DNA of 64,000 nucleotides from the NCBI RefSeq assembly GCF_963921235.1, contig NC_086097.1:247072001-247136000 (forward strand), in the 5' to 3' direction. Of this stretch, positions 52,830 to 64,000 are shown in pieces. Made by a program: the position numbers and the translations under genes. How positions within the stretch are numbered: position 1 is the stretch's first letter; the number at the start of each line of letters is the position of its first letter. Origin of the DNA: Mobula hypostoma (Eukaryota). Under the pieces are notes generated by a model, which saw only the letters and a list, made by a program, of their open reading frames with translations, made no database searches and was not told the DNA's origin.

Positions 52830-53895
52830 AAGGAAAGCAACTGCAATGTTGGCATTTATTTTGAAAGGACTAGTCTATAAAAGCACGGATGTAATGTTCA
52901 GGCTTCATAAGGCATTGGTCAGACCACACATGAGTATTGTGAGCAGTTTTGGGCCCCTTTTCTCTTTCTTTTCAAATCTTTTTATTGTTATATTATACAG
53001 GAAAAATAACATGATTACATTGAAGTAACAACACTTACAATGCCTCAAAAAAGACATTATCTTAAAGATTGGAAAAAAATTTTGTGATAACAAAAAAAAT
53101 ACCTACTAAGCAGAAAAGTGAGGAAAAAAAAGAACCCATTGGGTGTACAACCCGGGAGCCATGCGTCATACAAAAAGCTTCTAAAAATAAACATCAAACC
53201 GCCAGCAAGAAAAAAAAATATACTAAAAAATTTACAATTAGATCGTGGAAAAATGATATCAATTAACTCAAATGATAATAACGAGCAAATGAGCCCCATC
53301 TTTTCTCAAAATCAAATAAAGGTCAAAGGTTCGACTTCTAATTTTCTCCAAACCAAGACATAGCATGGGGCCCCTTTTCTAAGAAGGGATGTGTTGGTTT
53401 GGAGGGGTTCCAGAGAGATTCACGAGAATGATCCCCGGAATGAAAGGGTTAATGTATGAGGAGCAATTGGTGTCTCTGGACCTGTACTCCCTGGAGTTTA
53501 GAAGAATATGAGGGAATCTCATTGAAACCTATTGAATACAGAAAGGCCTGGATAAAGTGGATGTGAAGAGGCTCTTTCCTATCGTAGAAGTGACTAGAAC
53601 CAGAAGGCACAGCCTCAGGAGAGAAACACGTTGCCTTAGAACAGAGATGAGGAGGAATTTCTTCAGCCAGATTGGTGAATCTATGGAATTTGCTGCTGCA
53701 GGCAGCTGTGTAGGCCACGACCGTTGGGCATACTTAAAACCGAGGTTGGTGGGTACTTGATTATTCAGGGCGTCAAAGGTTCCAGGGACAAAGGCTGGAG
53801 AATGGGATTGAGAGGGATTATAAATCAGCCATGATCCAATGGTGGAGGATACTTGATGGACCAAATGGCCTAATTCTGCTTCAATGTCATGTGGT
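52830..53895 (+). mobile_element. CR1 3' fragment split by an L1/Tx1 insertion
   Basis: MLAFILKG...LVRPH, resuming after 53380. Confidence 0.8.
52964..53367 (-). mobile_element. L1/Tx1-type 3' end with 13-bp TSD
   Basis: TSD gggccccttttct at 52951-52963 and 53368-53380. Encodes LEKIRS...FEKRWGSF. AATAAA followed by a GAAAG tail. Confidence 0.75.
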
Positions 53896-56202
53896 CTAAA
53901 TGGGTGGATGTGAAAGGTGAAATGCTCGAGTGCTGGCAGGGCTGACCTGAATGCCTGAGGTGCAGTGTGAAGCTGGCATCATCCAGAGACTGGAGCCCAC
54001 CCTTCCCACCCAGAAAGTGGTGTCCCACCCTGCCCTCCTGTTCTTTGGCTACCAGGCAGAAGTGGTCATGAACAGCTGAACGTTTAGGGAGATTATAAAT
54101 ACAAGCGATTCTGTAGATGCTGGAAATCCAGAGCGACACACGCACAAGCTACTGGGATGAACTCAGCGGCTCCAGCAGCATCTACGGAAAGAAATGAACA
54201 ATTCCTGTTTCAGGCCAGGACCCTTTAGCAGGACACAGACCATAAGACCATCAGCAGAGGAGCCATTCAGTCCTGCTGAAGGGTCTCGGCCCGGATGTTG
54301 ACTGTACTCACCTCCATAGATGCTGCCTGGCCTGCTGAGTCTCTCCAGCATTTGCGTGTGTTGTCATGACATACTGTACTGCTGTCTCAAAAAAAAAACA
54401 AATTTCATGGCATGCGGGAATGATGATAAACCTGGTTCTGATATGGGTCTTTATTGTGGACTGAGAGTGGGAAGGGGGCAGGGAGAGGGGGATCATGGTT
54501 GGGAAAAGGAGAAGGGAGAGGGAAGGGAGCGGGAAGCACCTGAGAAACCTTCTGTAATGATCAATAAACCAATTGTTTGGAATCAAATGACCTTGCCTGG
54601 TGTCTCAGGGCTGGGTGTGTCTGCACCCACGTCACCCCCTGCTCCCTGGCACTCCTTCTGTGCCATCTGTCCCTCACCCCTCCCGTAGCACTCCACCCTC
54701 TCCATTCCCAACATCCTTTGCACCCCTCAGATTTACAAACTCTCTCTCCGCTCCACGTTGACAAATACAGTACTGTGCAAAAGTCTTAGACACCCTAGCT
54801 ATACATAGACACAAGAGGAACTGCTAAAGTAAGAGGGTCTCGGCCAAAACGTCGACTGTTTATTCCCATCTATAGATGCTGCCTGACCTGCTGAGCTCTT
54901 GCAGCCCACTGTGTGTATTATTGGCTATATGTACATGCCTAGTACTGTTGCACAGCTCTGTATTTCTGTGATAATGAACCTGATTCAGATTCTGAGGATT
55001 TTAGAGCTTCACTGTGCTAACATGTTATCATGAGCATCAGCATTTTGTTGTCAAGACGTATCACTGCAGCAAGTGAAATAACAGAAAGGACAACAGATAA
55101 TGAGAATACAAACACACGCGATTCTGCTGATGCTGGAAATCTTCAGCAACACAAGTTCAAGTTTAATTTTTTTTAAACAAGTTCAAGTTTAATTGTCACT
55201 CAACCGTACACATGAATACAACTAAATGAAACAAGCTTTCTTCCGCAGCCCAGGTGGAAAATATAATACTGACAGTCACTCACAGCACAAGGTACCTCTA
55301 ACACATATAATTACAACAGCAGAAAAACAAACGTTCACAACAAATAATAGCGTAGTCCGAGTCTCTGAGTGCCATAGCTGTAGGTAGATGGCGCGTGGGA
55401 TGTTTTCCTGGAGTCATGTTTCTGCACGCACTCGTAAAACGCTGGAGGAACTCAGCAGGTCAGGCAGCGTCTATGGAGGGGAATACACACTCTATGTTTC
55501 AGGCCGACCCTTCGTGAGGAGTGGAGAGGACGGGGTCACAATATGAAGGTGGGGGAGAGGGGGAAGGAGTAGAAGCTGGCAAGTGAGGTGGGTGGGGGAG
55601 GAGAGATGACATGTGTAGACACACAGACACTGTTCTCCAGCCCCTCACAACAGATGAGATGGATTTATTTCTCTTTGATTATGGCATCTACGTGACCTTC
55701 CTCCTTATAATAAGTCACTGTCACAGTGTGCTGTCAGAGGGCCCAGGTGCGGAGGAACTGCAGGCTTTCTCTGTTACGGGGGGGGGGGGGGGTCGCTGGC
55801 CTGGCTTAACCCTGGAGCTGTGGACAGCAGGCTCACTGCTTGACCCAGGAGTGGAGGAACGGCTGAATCCCCAGGAGGAGATGGAAATAGGAGATTAGAC
55901 ATTGGATTACCGACAGAGCCTGGGAGGAGCGACACTGCGAGACGATTCATTCTCCCCGACGCAATGGCTCTGCTAAGGCACGAAACGAGAGCCCTCTTTA
56001 AATAATCATAGCCTGCGGGAAACCCCTGCCAGTCACAATTAACTTGACCAGATTACATTGGAATTGCAGGGGCTTAACGGCTCTAGTTAAGGTAACGATT
56101 GGTAAATACGGGTGCTCAAGAACCCGAGAAGTCCGACACTTTACTTCAGGCCACAGAACTCATGACAGTCACCTAACCTTGGCACCAATATGGAGATGAC
56201 GA

Positions 56203-56845
56203 TTCATTTCTAGAGGAATAGAGTATAGGAGCAGGGATGTGATGTTGAGGCTCTATAAGGCGCTGGTGAGACCTCACTTGGAGTACTGTGGGCAGTTTTG
56301 GTCTCCTTATTTAAGAAAGGATGTGCTGACGTTGGAGAGGGTACAGAGAAGATTCACTAGAATGATTCCGGGAATGAGAGGGTTAACATATGAGGAACGT
56401 TTGTCCGCTCTTGGACTGTATTCCTTGGAGTTTAGAAGAATGAGGAGGGACCTCATAGAAACATTTCGAATGTTGAAGGGCATGGACAGAGTAGATGTGG
56501 CAAAGTTGTTTCCCATGGTGGGGGAGTCTAGTACAAGAGGGCATGACTTAAGGATTGAAGGGCGCCCATTCAGAACAGAGATGTGAAGAAATTTTTTTAG
56601 CCAGAGGGTGGTGAATCTAAGGAATTTGTTGCCATGGGTGGCAGTGGAGGCCAAGTCATTGGGTGTATTTAGGGCAGAGATTGATAGGTATCTGAGTAGC
56701 CAGGGCATCAAAGGTTATGGTGAGAAGGCGGGGCAGTGGGACTAAATAGGATAAAATGGATCAGCTCATGATAAAATGGCAGAGCAGACTCGATGGGCTG
56801 AATGGCCGACTTCTGCTCCTTTGTCTTATGGTCTTATGGTCTTAT
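56203..56845 (+). mobile_element. CR1 3' fragment
   Basis: LYKALVRPHLEYC...LEFRRMRRDLIE, with a (TCTTATGG)n tail. Confidence 0.9.
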
Positions 56846-57550
56846 GAATAAATTGGTGAATTAGTTGACGTCCTATTTACAGTGGAAAAAACATACCATT
56901 CATACAGATCAATTCATCCCACAGTGCATGGGGTCTGTAATACAAGGTAAAACGATAACAGAATGTAGAATAAAGTTTTATGGTTCTGCAGGAAGTGTAG
57001 TGTAGGGAGACAATAAGATACAAGATCATAATAGGGTAGATCATGAGGTCAGGAGTCCATTTATCATACTAGGGAACCATTCAATGGTCTTACAACAGTG
57101 GGGTAGAAGATATCCTCGAGCCTTCAGGCTTTTGGACCTTCTGCAAGAGGGGAGAGGGGAGAAGAAAGAATGTCTGGTGTGGTCGGGGTCTTTGATGATG
57201 CTGATTGCTTTGCCGAGGCAGTTAGAAACGTAGACAGAGTCCGTGGAGGGGAGGCTGGTTGCTGATTATGGTGGCTGCTTTACAATCAAAATCAGGTTTA
57301 TTATCACTGACCTGTTGTGAAATTTGTTGTTTTGTGGCAGCAGTACAGTGCAATACATCAAAAAATTACTATAAATTTAAAAAAAGTGCGGAAGAAGAAT
57401 AGTGAGTTTGTGGTCATCAGTCTGTAGACCATTCAGAAATCTGACTGCAGAAGGGAAGAAGCTGTTCCTAAACTGTGGAGTGAGCAGTGTAAACAGAGCC
57501 CATGGAGCTCTGAAGCATTCACAGTAGAACAAAGAAACAATAGAATCAGT

Positions 57551-58112
57551 GACACACATCAAAGCTGCTGGTGAACGCAGCAGGCCAGGCAGCATCTCTA
57601 GGAAGAGGTACAGTCGACGTTTCGGGCCGAGACCCTTTGTCAGGACTAACTGAAAGAAGAGCTAATAAGAGATTTGAAAGGGGGAGGGGGAGATCCGAAA
57701 TGATAGGAGAAGACAGGAGGGGGAGGGATGGAGCCAAGAGCTGGACAGGTGATTAGCAAAAGGGATATGAGAGGATCATGGGACAGGAGGCCTAGGAAGA
57801 AGGAAAAGGGGGAGGGGGGGAACCCAGAGGATGGGCAAGGGGTATAGTGAGAGGGACAGAGGGAGAAAAAGGAGAGAGAGAAAAAGAATGTGTGTATATA
57901 AATAAATAACGGATGGGGTACGAGGGGGAGGTGGGGCATTAACGGAAGTTAGAGAAGTCAATGTTCATGCCATCAGGTTGGAGGCTACCCAGATGGAATA
58001 TAAGGTGTTGTTCCTCCAATATGAGTGTGGCTTCATCTTTACAGTAGAGGAGGCCGTGGATAGACATATCAGAATGGGAATGGGATGTGGAATTAAAATG
58101 TGTGGCCACTGG
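57551..58112 (-). mobile_element. Penelope-like element 3' end (young)
   Basis: Minus strand encodes PVATHFNSTSHSHSDMSIHGLLYCKDEATLILEEQHLIFHLGSLQPDGMNIDFSNFR* (GIY-YIG C-terminus). Hammerhead-like motif at 57611-57647. Confidence 0.85.
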
Positions 58113-59317
58113 GAGATAGAATCAGTGAAGAGCTACACACAAAGACTGGCAGACAACCAATATGCAGAAGAAGACAAACTGTGGAAATACAACAAAAAGT
58201 AAATAATACTGAGAACATGAGCTGTGAAAGTGAGCCTGTAGGTTGTGGAATCAGCTCAGTGTGGTGGAGGTTCACCAGGATGTTAGGTCCTCGGTTATAG
58301 GGAAAGATTAGATATACTGGGTTTGTTTTCTCTGGAGAAGGACACTGAGAGGTGACCTATAGCGGTATGTAAAATTTTCAGTAGTATTGTTAGGAGAGAT
58401 GCCTTAAGGTTGTTATAGCTGGGGGTGGTAATGGGGATAGGCTCCCACTACCTACTAAATGCTCTCAATGATGTATGACTCTAGTAGACTTTGACAACTA
58501 AGTCCAGCTCCTGGCCCTCACCTGTGGCTTAGTTACTAAGCCTGTTGGAACTGTTTCTACTGACAGCAGAAAGGGCAAATGTGGGTTACTGGCACCTTGA
58601 AACCAGTCGCTTTGGGCAGATGGTGCTTGTCAGCTGTGGTTGGCAGCTCATCTCGGAGCACAGCACCTCTACTTCCTCAGGACTCTGCAGAGACTCATGT
58701 CATCAACAGCCTTGGCAAATTTCTATAGGTGTGTGGTGGGAAGTGTGCTGACTGGCAACATCATGGCCTGGTATGGGGACACCAATGCCTTTGAGTGGAA
58801 AATCCTTCAAAAGGTGGTGGATTCGGCCCAGAACATCAGGGGTAAAACCTTCCCAACCATTGAGCACATCTACATGAACGTTGCTGTAGAAAAGCAGCAT
58901 CCATCATCAAAGATCCTCACCACCCAGGCCATGCTCTTTTCTCGTTGCTGTCATCAGGTAGAAGGTACAGGAGCCTCAGGATTCATACCACCAGGTTCAA
59001 GAACAGTTACTACCCCTCAACCATCAGGCTCTCGAACAAGAGGATAACTACACTCATTTAAGAATTCTTTTGTCTTGTCATTTCATGCTCGTTATTTATT
59101 GCTATTCATTTATATCTGCAATTGCACAGTTTGTTTACAGTTTACAGTTACTGTTCTATAGATTTTCTAACTATGCCCACAGAAAAAGAATCTCAGGGTT
59201 GTACATGGTGACATGCATGTACTTTGGACCATAGGAAGGAGCAGGGCCATCAGATGGGCAGGTGAGTAGAGAAGGGGTAAGATGGGATTCGGAATGGGGA
59301 ATGGCAAACGAGATAAG

Positions 59318-60037
59318 TGTAGCCCCCCTGGCCAGCCTCAGGGTCGCTCGGCTCGCTGTCATCTAGGGAAACAGCCCTCGGCCCCGGCAAACTGGGTAAT
59401 TAGTTTGTGTGGATGTTGTGTGATGTACCCCACCCCGCCCAAATAACAGACCAGATACGATTAAATGATTTACAGTTTATAGATATTACTAGAACTATAT
59501 AATTAAGAGAGAATAAAATATAAAAGGAAAATAAAAGGTGCCACACTTATCAAAGTTCAATCTCTTCGTGCACGAACAGTTGGAGATCAGGACCCTTCTT
59601 CTTCACCCTGCGGCCCCTCGAACTACCTCAACCAGCCGCCTGGGACCAACAATGGTGGTCAACCAGACGTTCCACACGAGTCCGTCTCCGTCTCCTCTCC
59701 TTGCCGAACGCCCCGCTCGGGGTCCGACCCCGTTAGCGGACTCACAGCACCTGGTCCATCCTCTGTCCCTCTCTCCCACCTTCTGCCCCAAAACCCCACG
59801 CATACAGTATCTTCAGACCCACCAAAAGCATAACAACTATCGCAATTAGTTCTTTCGTCCTCCTATCAATAGATAATACAAAACAAACTGCTAGCGGGAA
59901 GGACTTCCTCAGCATTTAACATAACAAAGGAGCATTCCCAAGTATAACATAACAAAGAAACATTCCCAAGTATAAAATAACAAAGAAGCCATTTTAATTA
60001 GCCTACACGGTAACATAAAAGACGAAACCCCCTTACA
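59318..60037. mobile_element. Solo LTR (720 bp)
   Basis: TGTAG...TTACA termini with flanks taag/caag (one mismatch). Inserted in a Penelope-like remnant. Confidence 0.65.
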
Positions 60038-62413
60038 CAAGGGAGAAGGGAGAGAAATTACCAGAAGTTAGAGAAATCGATGTTCATGCTGTCAGGTATC
60101 AGCTGAATCTCTAGTCTGTATGTTATTGTTAGGGCTGCTTTTCCCAGCCACTCTAGTCTCCTGGGCGCGAGATAAGCTTTACTTTATTATTTCTTTCTGG
60201 GCTTTGACTTGGCCTTTGCGGATCAGGGAAAGTTTAAGGGATCTCGCGTGGGACAGTCTATTTTGGAATGAAATAAGCGAACTCTCTCATAACAATGAGT
60301 GGTTGGTAGCCCAGTACAGGGGATTCGTTATTGTCCTAATAATGTTGCCACGGAGGGTCTGTTTGTGGTCTTACACTGATGTAGCCTACCCACTTCAAGG
60401 TTTGATGTGTTGCACGCTCACGGATGCTCTTCTGTTGTAACCTGCGGTTATTTGAGTTACAGACACCTTCTGGTCAACTTGGACCAGTCTGGCCATTCTC
60501 TTCTGATCTCTCCCATTAACAAGGTGTTCACTTCCAGAGATGCTGCTCACTGGATTTAAAAAATTTTTCACACCATTCTCTGTAAACTCTAGAGAATGTT
60601 GCGCGTGAAAATCCCAGGGGATTGGCAGTCTGTGATACTCAAATCACCCCATCTGGCACCAACAATTATTCACTTAGATCACATTTCTTCCCCACTCTGA
60701 TGTTTGATCTGAACAACGTATGAATCTCTTGACCATGTCAGCATGCTTGTATGCACTGAGTTGCTGCCATTTGATTGGCTGATTAGATATTTATATTCAG
60801 CATACAGGTTCCAGAACAGCTACTACCCCTCAACCATCAGGCTCTTGAACAAAGGAGGATAACTACACCCATTCTATTTCTGGTGTTCCCACAACCAATG
60901 GCCTCACTTTAAGGACTCTTTATCTTGTTATTTCCTGCTCGTTGTTTATTTCTATTTATTTATATTTACATTTGCGCAGTTCATTGATCCTGTTTACATT
61001 TATTGTTCTATAGGTTTGCAAAGTATGCCTGCAGGAAAAAGAAACTCAGGGTTGTATGTGGTGACATGTATGTACTCTGATAATAAATTTTACATTGAAC
61101 TTCGATTAACGAGTTGGTGCAAAGGTGTACCTAATAAAATGGCCACTGAGTGATACACTCCATAAAGAGACACTTTGTGGGGTGTTCAGATGTTGTTCGA
61201 GAATCTCATGTTTTGGATCAAAACGTTAAACTAATCTGATCCATTCTTTCAAATGGGGTGGATTTCAAAAGGCTCATAATCCCGTGTTTGTATTAGATAA
61301 AAGGTCACCACTCATCGTTTAATCGCTAGCTTTTCAGAATCAGAACCAGGTTTAATATCACTGGCATATGTCATGAAATTTGTTGTTTTGCAGCAACAAG
61401 AAGATTTCTTACAATAACTAATTTATGTGAAAAATTAAATTTAGTTAAGTGGAGCAAAAACAAGGTGAAGTAGTGTTCATGGGTTCATTGTCCGTTCAGA
61501 AATCTTTCTGTGTGTTATTGGCTTTTTGCTGTTTGGCCGATTTGTTGTTTTGTTTGCGCATGGGTTGTTTCGTAGTCTTTGTTGTGTGCTGGTTTTCTTT
61601 AGATGGGTTGTCTGGTGTTACTTTGTTTCGTGGCTGTCTGTGAGGAAGACAAATCTCAGGGTTGTACACTGTATACATACTTTGATTATAAATGTACTTT
61701 GAAACTTTGATGGCGGAGGGGAAGAAGCTGTTCCTGAAATGTTGAGTGTGTGTCTTCAGGCCTGATCCTGCACCTCCTCCTTGACGGAATCATCAGGGAC
61801 CTGGGTGACGGGGGTCCTTAATGATGAACGCCGCCTTCTCCAGGCGTCGCCTTTTGACGTGGTCCTCGATGCTGGCAAAGCTAGAGCCCATGATACATTA
61901 GAGGCTTTTAAGAGACGTTTAGATAGGCATGGATGTAAGAGGACGGAGGGATATGGACATTGTGTAGGTTTGAGGGATTAGTGTTTGGGTGTTTTTGAGT
62001 TAATGAAGCTCATCATTGTGGGCTGAAGGGCCTGTTTCTGTGCTATATTCTCTGTATTCTATGATGGAGCCCATGATAGCCCTTCTCCTGTGCAAATTGG
62101 CTGTTAATTTCTCTGAAGCAGAATGTGACTTCTTTTCTGAGGTAATTCCATTGGCTGTGATGTGCCTAGGGATGCCTGAACTTTTAAAGATGTCATTTAA
62201 CTGGGGTTCTTGCTTCCATGCAGGCATAAACCAATACCAGGTCACAGGGGTTCCGGAATTTGTGCCAGAGTAAAGCCTCACAATGCAGTATCCCCTCCAC
62301 CAGAGTAATTATCAGGGTTTATGCATTTGGCTGTTCTGTAATCTGTAGTCAGACAGGTACTATATGTACAGTACCATGCAAAGGTCCTAGGCACATATAT
62401 ATATTAAAAAAAA

Positions 62414-62680
62414 GGCATCTGTTAGTCTTGCGAGACCATGGATCTGCACCTGGAAAGGCTTCTCTCCCCAGGGCGCAGGCCTGGGCAAGGTTGTATGGAA
62501 GACCAGCAGTTGCCCATGCTGCAAGTCTCCCCTCTCCACAATACTGATTTGTCCAAGGGAAGGGCATTAGGACCCATACAGCTTGGCACCAGTGTCGTCG
62601 CAGAGCAATGTGTGATTAAGTGCCCTGCTCAAGGACACAACACGTTGCCTCGGCTGGGGCTTGAACTCACAACCTTCAGA
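62414..62680 (-). mobile_element. tRNA-SINE with RTE-type tail, copy 2
   Basis: Reverse complement closely matches 25375-25634. Confidence 0.85.
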
Positions 62681-63536
62681 ATCTGATTCTGATGTGGGTC
62701 TCGATTGTGGACTGAGAGTGGGAAGGGGAATCATGGTTTGGAAAAGGGGAAGGGAGTGGGAAGCACCAGAGAGACATTCTATAGTGATCAATAAACCAAT
62801 TGCTTGGAATCAAACCACCTTGCCTGGTGTCTCAGGGCTGGGTCTGTCTGCAACCACGCCTGTAACCACCCCTTGGCACTCTTTCTGTGCCACCTAACCC
62901 ACACCCCTCCCATAGTGCTCCACTCTCACCATTCCCAGCAACCTTTGCTCCTGCCAGATTTACAAACTCACTCTCTGCTCCACGTTGACAAGTGCAGTGT
63001 TGTGCAAAAGTCTTAAGGTACCCTAGCGATACATATACGTATATGTGCCCAAGACTTCTGCACAGTGCTGTATTACTTAGGTTTGCTGCACTTATATTGT
63101 CATCTTAGAACATAGATGTTGTGCTGACCTTTATAACCTGCTCTAATCCTTCCCTCTCACAAAACCCTCCATTTTTCATCATCCATGTGCCTCCCTAAGA
63201 GTCTCTTAAATGCTTCTGATGTATCTGCCTCCACCACCACCCCTGGCAGGGCATTTCATATGTCCACCCCTCTCTGTGTGAACACCTACATTTGACTCCC
63301 CTGCCACATCACCTTAAAATGATGGCTTCTCCTATTAGCTCTTTCTGCCCAGGGAAAAGGGCTGTCCTCTTTATCAATGCCTCTTACATCTTATACCAGG
63401 GGTTCCTAACCTGGTGTCCACAAACCCTTTGCTCAATAGTATTGGTCTTTGGCATAAAAAATATTGGGAACTCCTTCTACACTTCTATCAAGTCAACTCT
63501 TATCCTCCTTTGCTCCAAAGAGAAAAGCCCCAGCTT

Positions 63537-64000
63537 CAGCCCAGTACAATCACTGCAGCCTAGTACAATCACTGCAGCCTAGAACAATCACTGCTGCCCA
63601 GTACAATCACTGCAGCCTAGTACAATCACTGCAGCCCAGTATAATCATTGCAGATCTGTACAATCACTGCAGCCCAGTACAATCACTGCAGCCCAGTAAA
63701 TCACTGCAGCCCAGTACAATCACTGCAGCCCAGTAGAATCACTGCAGCCTAGTACAATCACTGCAGCCCAGTATAATCACTGATGCCCAGTATAATCACT
63801 GCAGCCCAGTATAATCATTGCAGATCTGTACAATCACTGCAGCCCAGTATAATCACTGCAGCCCAGTATAATCAGTGCAGCCTAGTATAATCACTGCAGC
63901 CCAGTAGAATCACTGCAGCCTAGTATAATCACTGCAGCCCAGTAAATCACTGCAGCCCAGTATAATCACCGCAGCCCAGTAGAATCACTGCAGCCTAGTA
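63537..64000. repeat. 19-bp minisatellite running off the window end
   Basis: Unit cagcc[c/t]agta[c/t/g]aatcactg, about 24 copies. Confidence 0.95.

Noticed and set aside
6300..64000. POU6F2 or other host-gene exons
   Set aside because: No POU or homeodomain peptide, or other recognisable host exon, in the ORF track or by eye. Small exons could be missed.

Overview
This is a 64-kb, repeat-saturated stretch of vertebrate nuclear DNA, most likely from a cartilaginous fish (ray or shark), inferred from HE1/V-SINE-like SINEs and abundant CR1 LINEs. Only one host gene segment is recognisable: coding exon 1 of YAE1 on the minus strand (6063-6170). It has a compact CpG-rich promoter and an intronic 68-bp minisatellite. 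The rest is nested mobile elements. Retroelements include CR1 LINEs (one near-intact ORF2), Rex1/Babar, RTE, L1/Tx1 3' ends, an R4/Dong-type RLE element, Penelope-like elements, a Gypsy gag remnant and solo LTRs. DNA transposons include Tc1, hAT and pogo-like pieces. The most notable observations are: (i) minimal hammerhead-ribozyme motifs in Penelope-like termini, several forming stand-alone palindromes; (ii) a repeated composite element bounded by ~70-bp Tc1-type mini-hairpins; (iii) a tRNA-SINE sharing its 48-bp 3' end with an RTE LINE in the same window; (iv) two locally templated insertions joined by microhomology. Family names come from recognising motifs by eye, not from database searches. 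Repeat boundaries are approximate unless a TSD or TIR is quoted.
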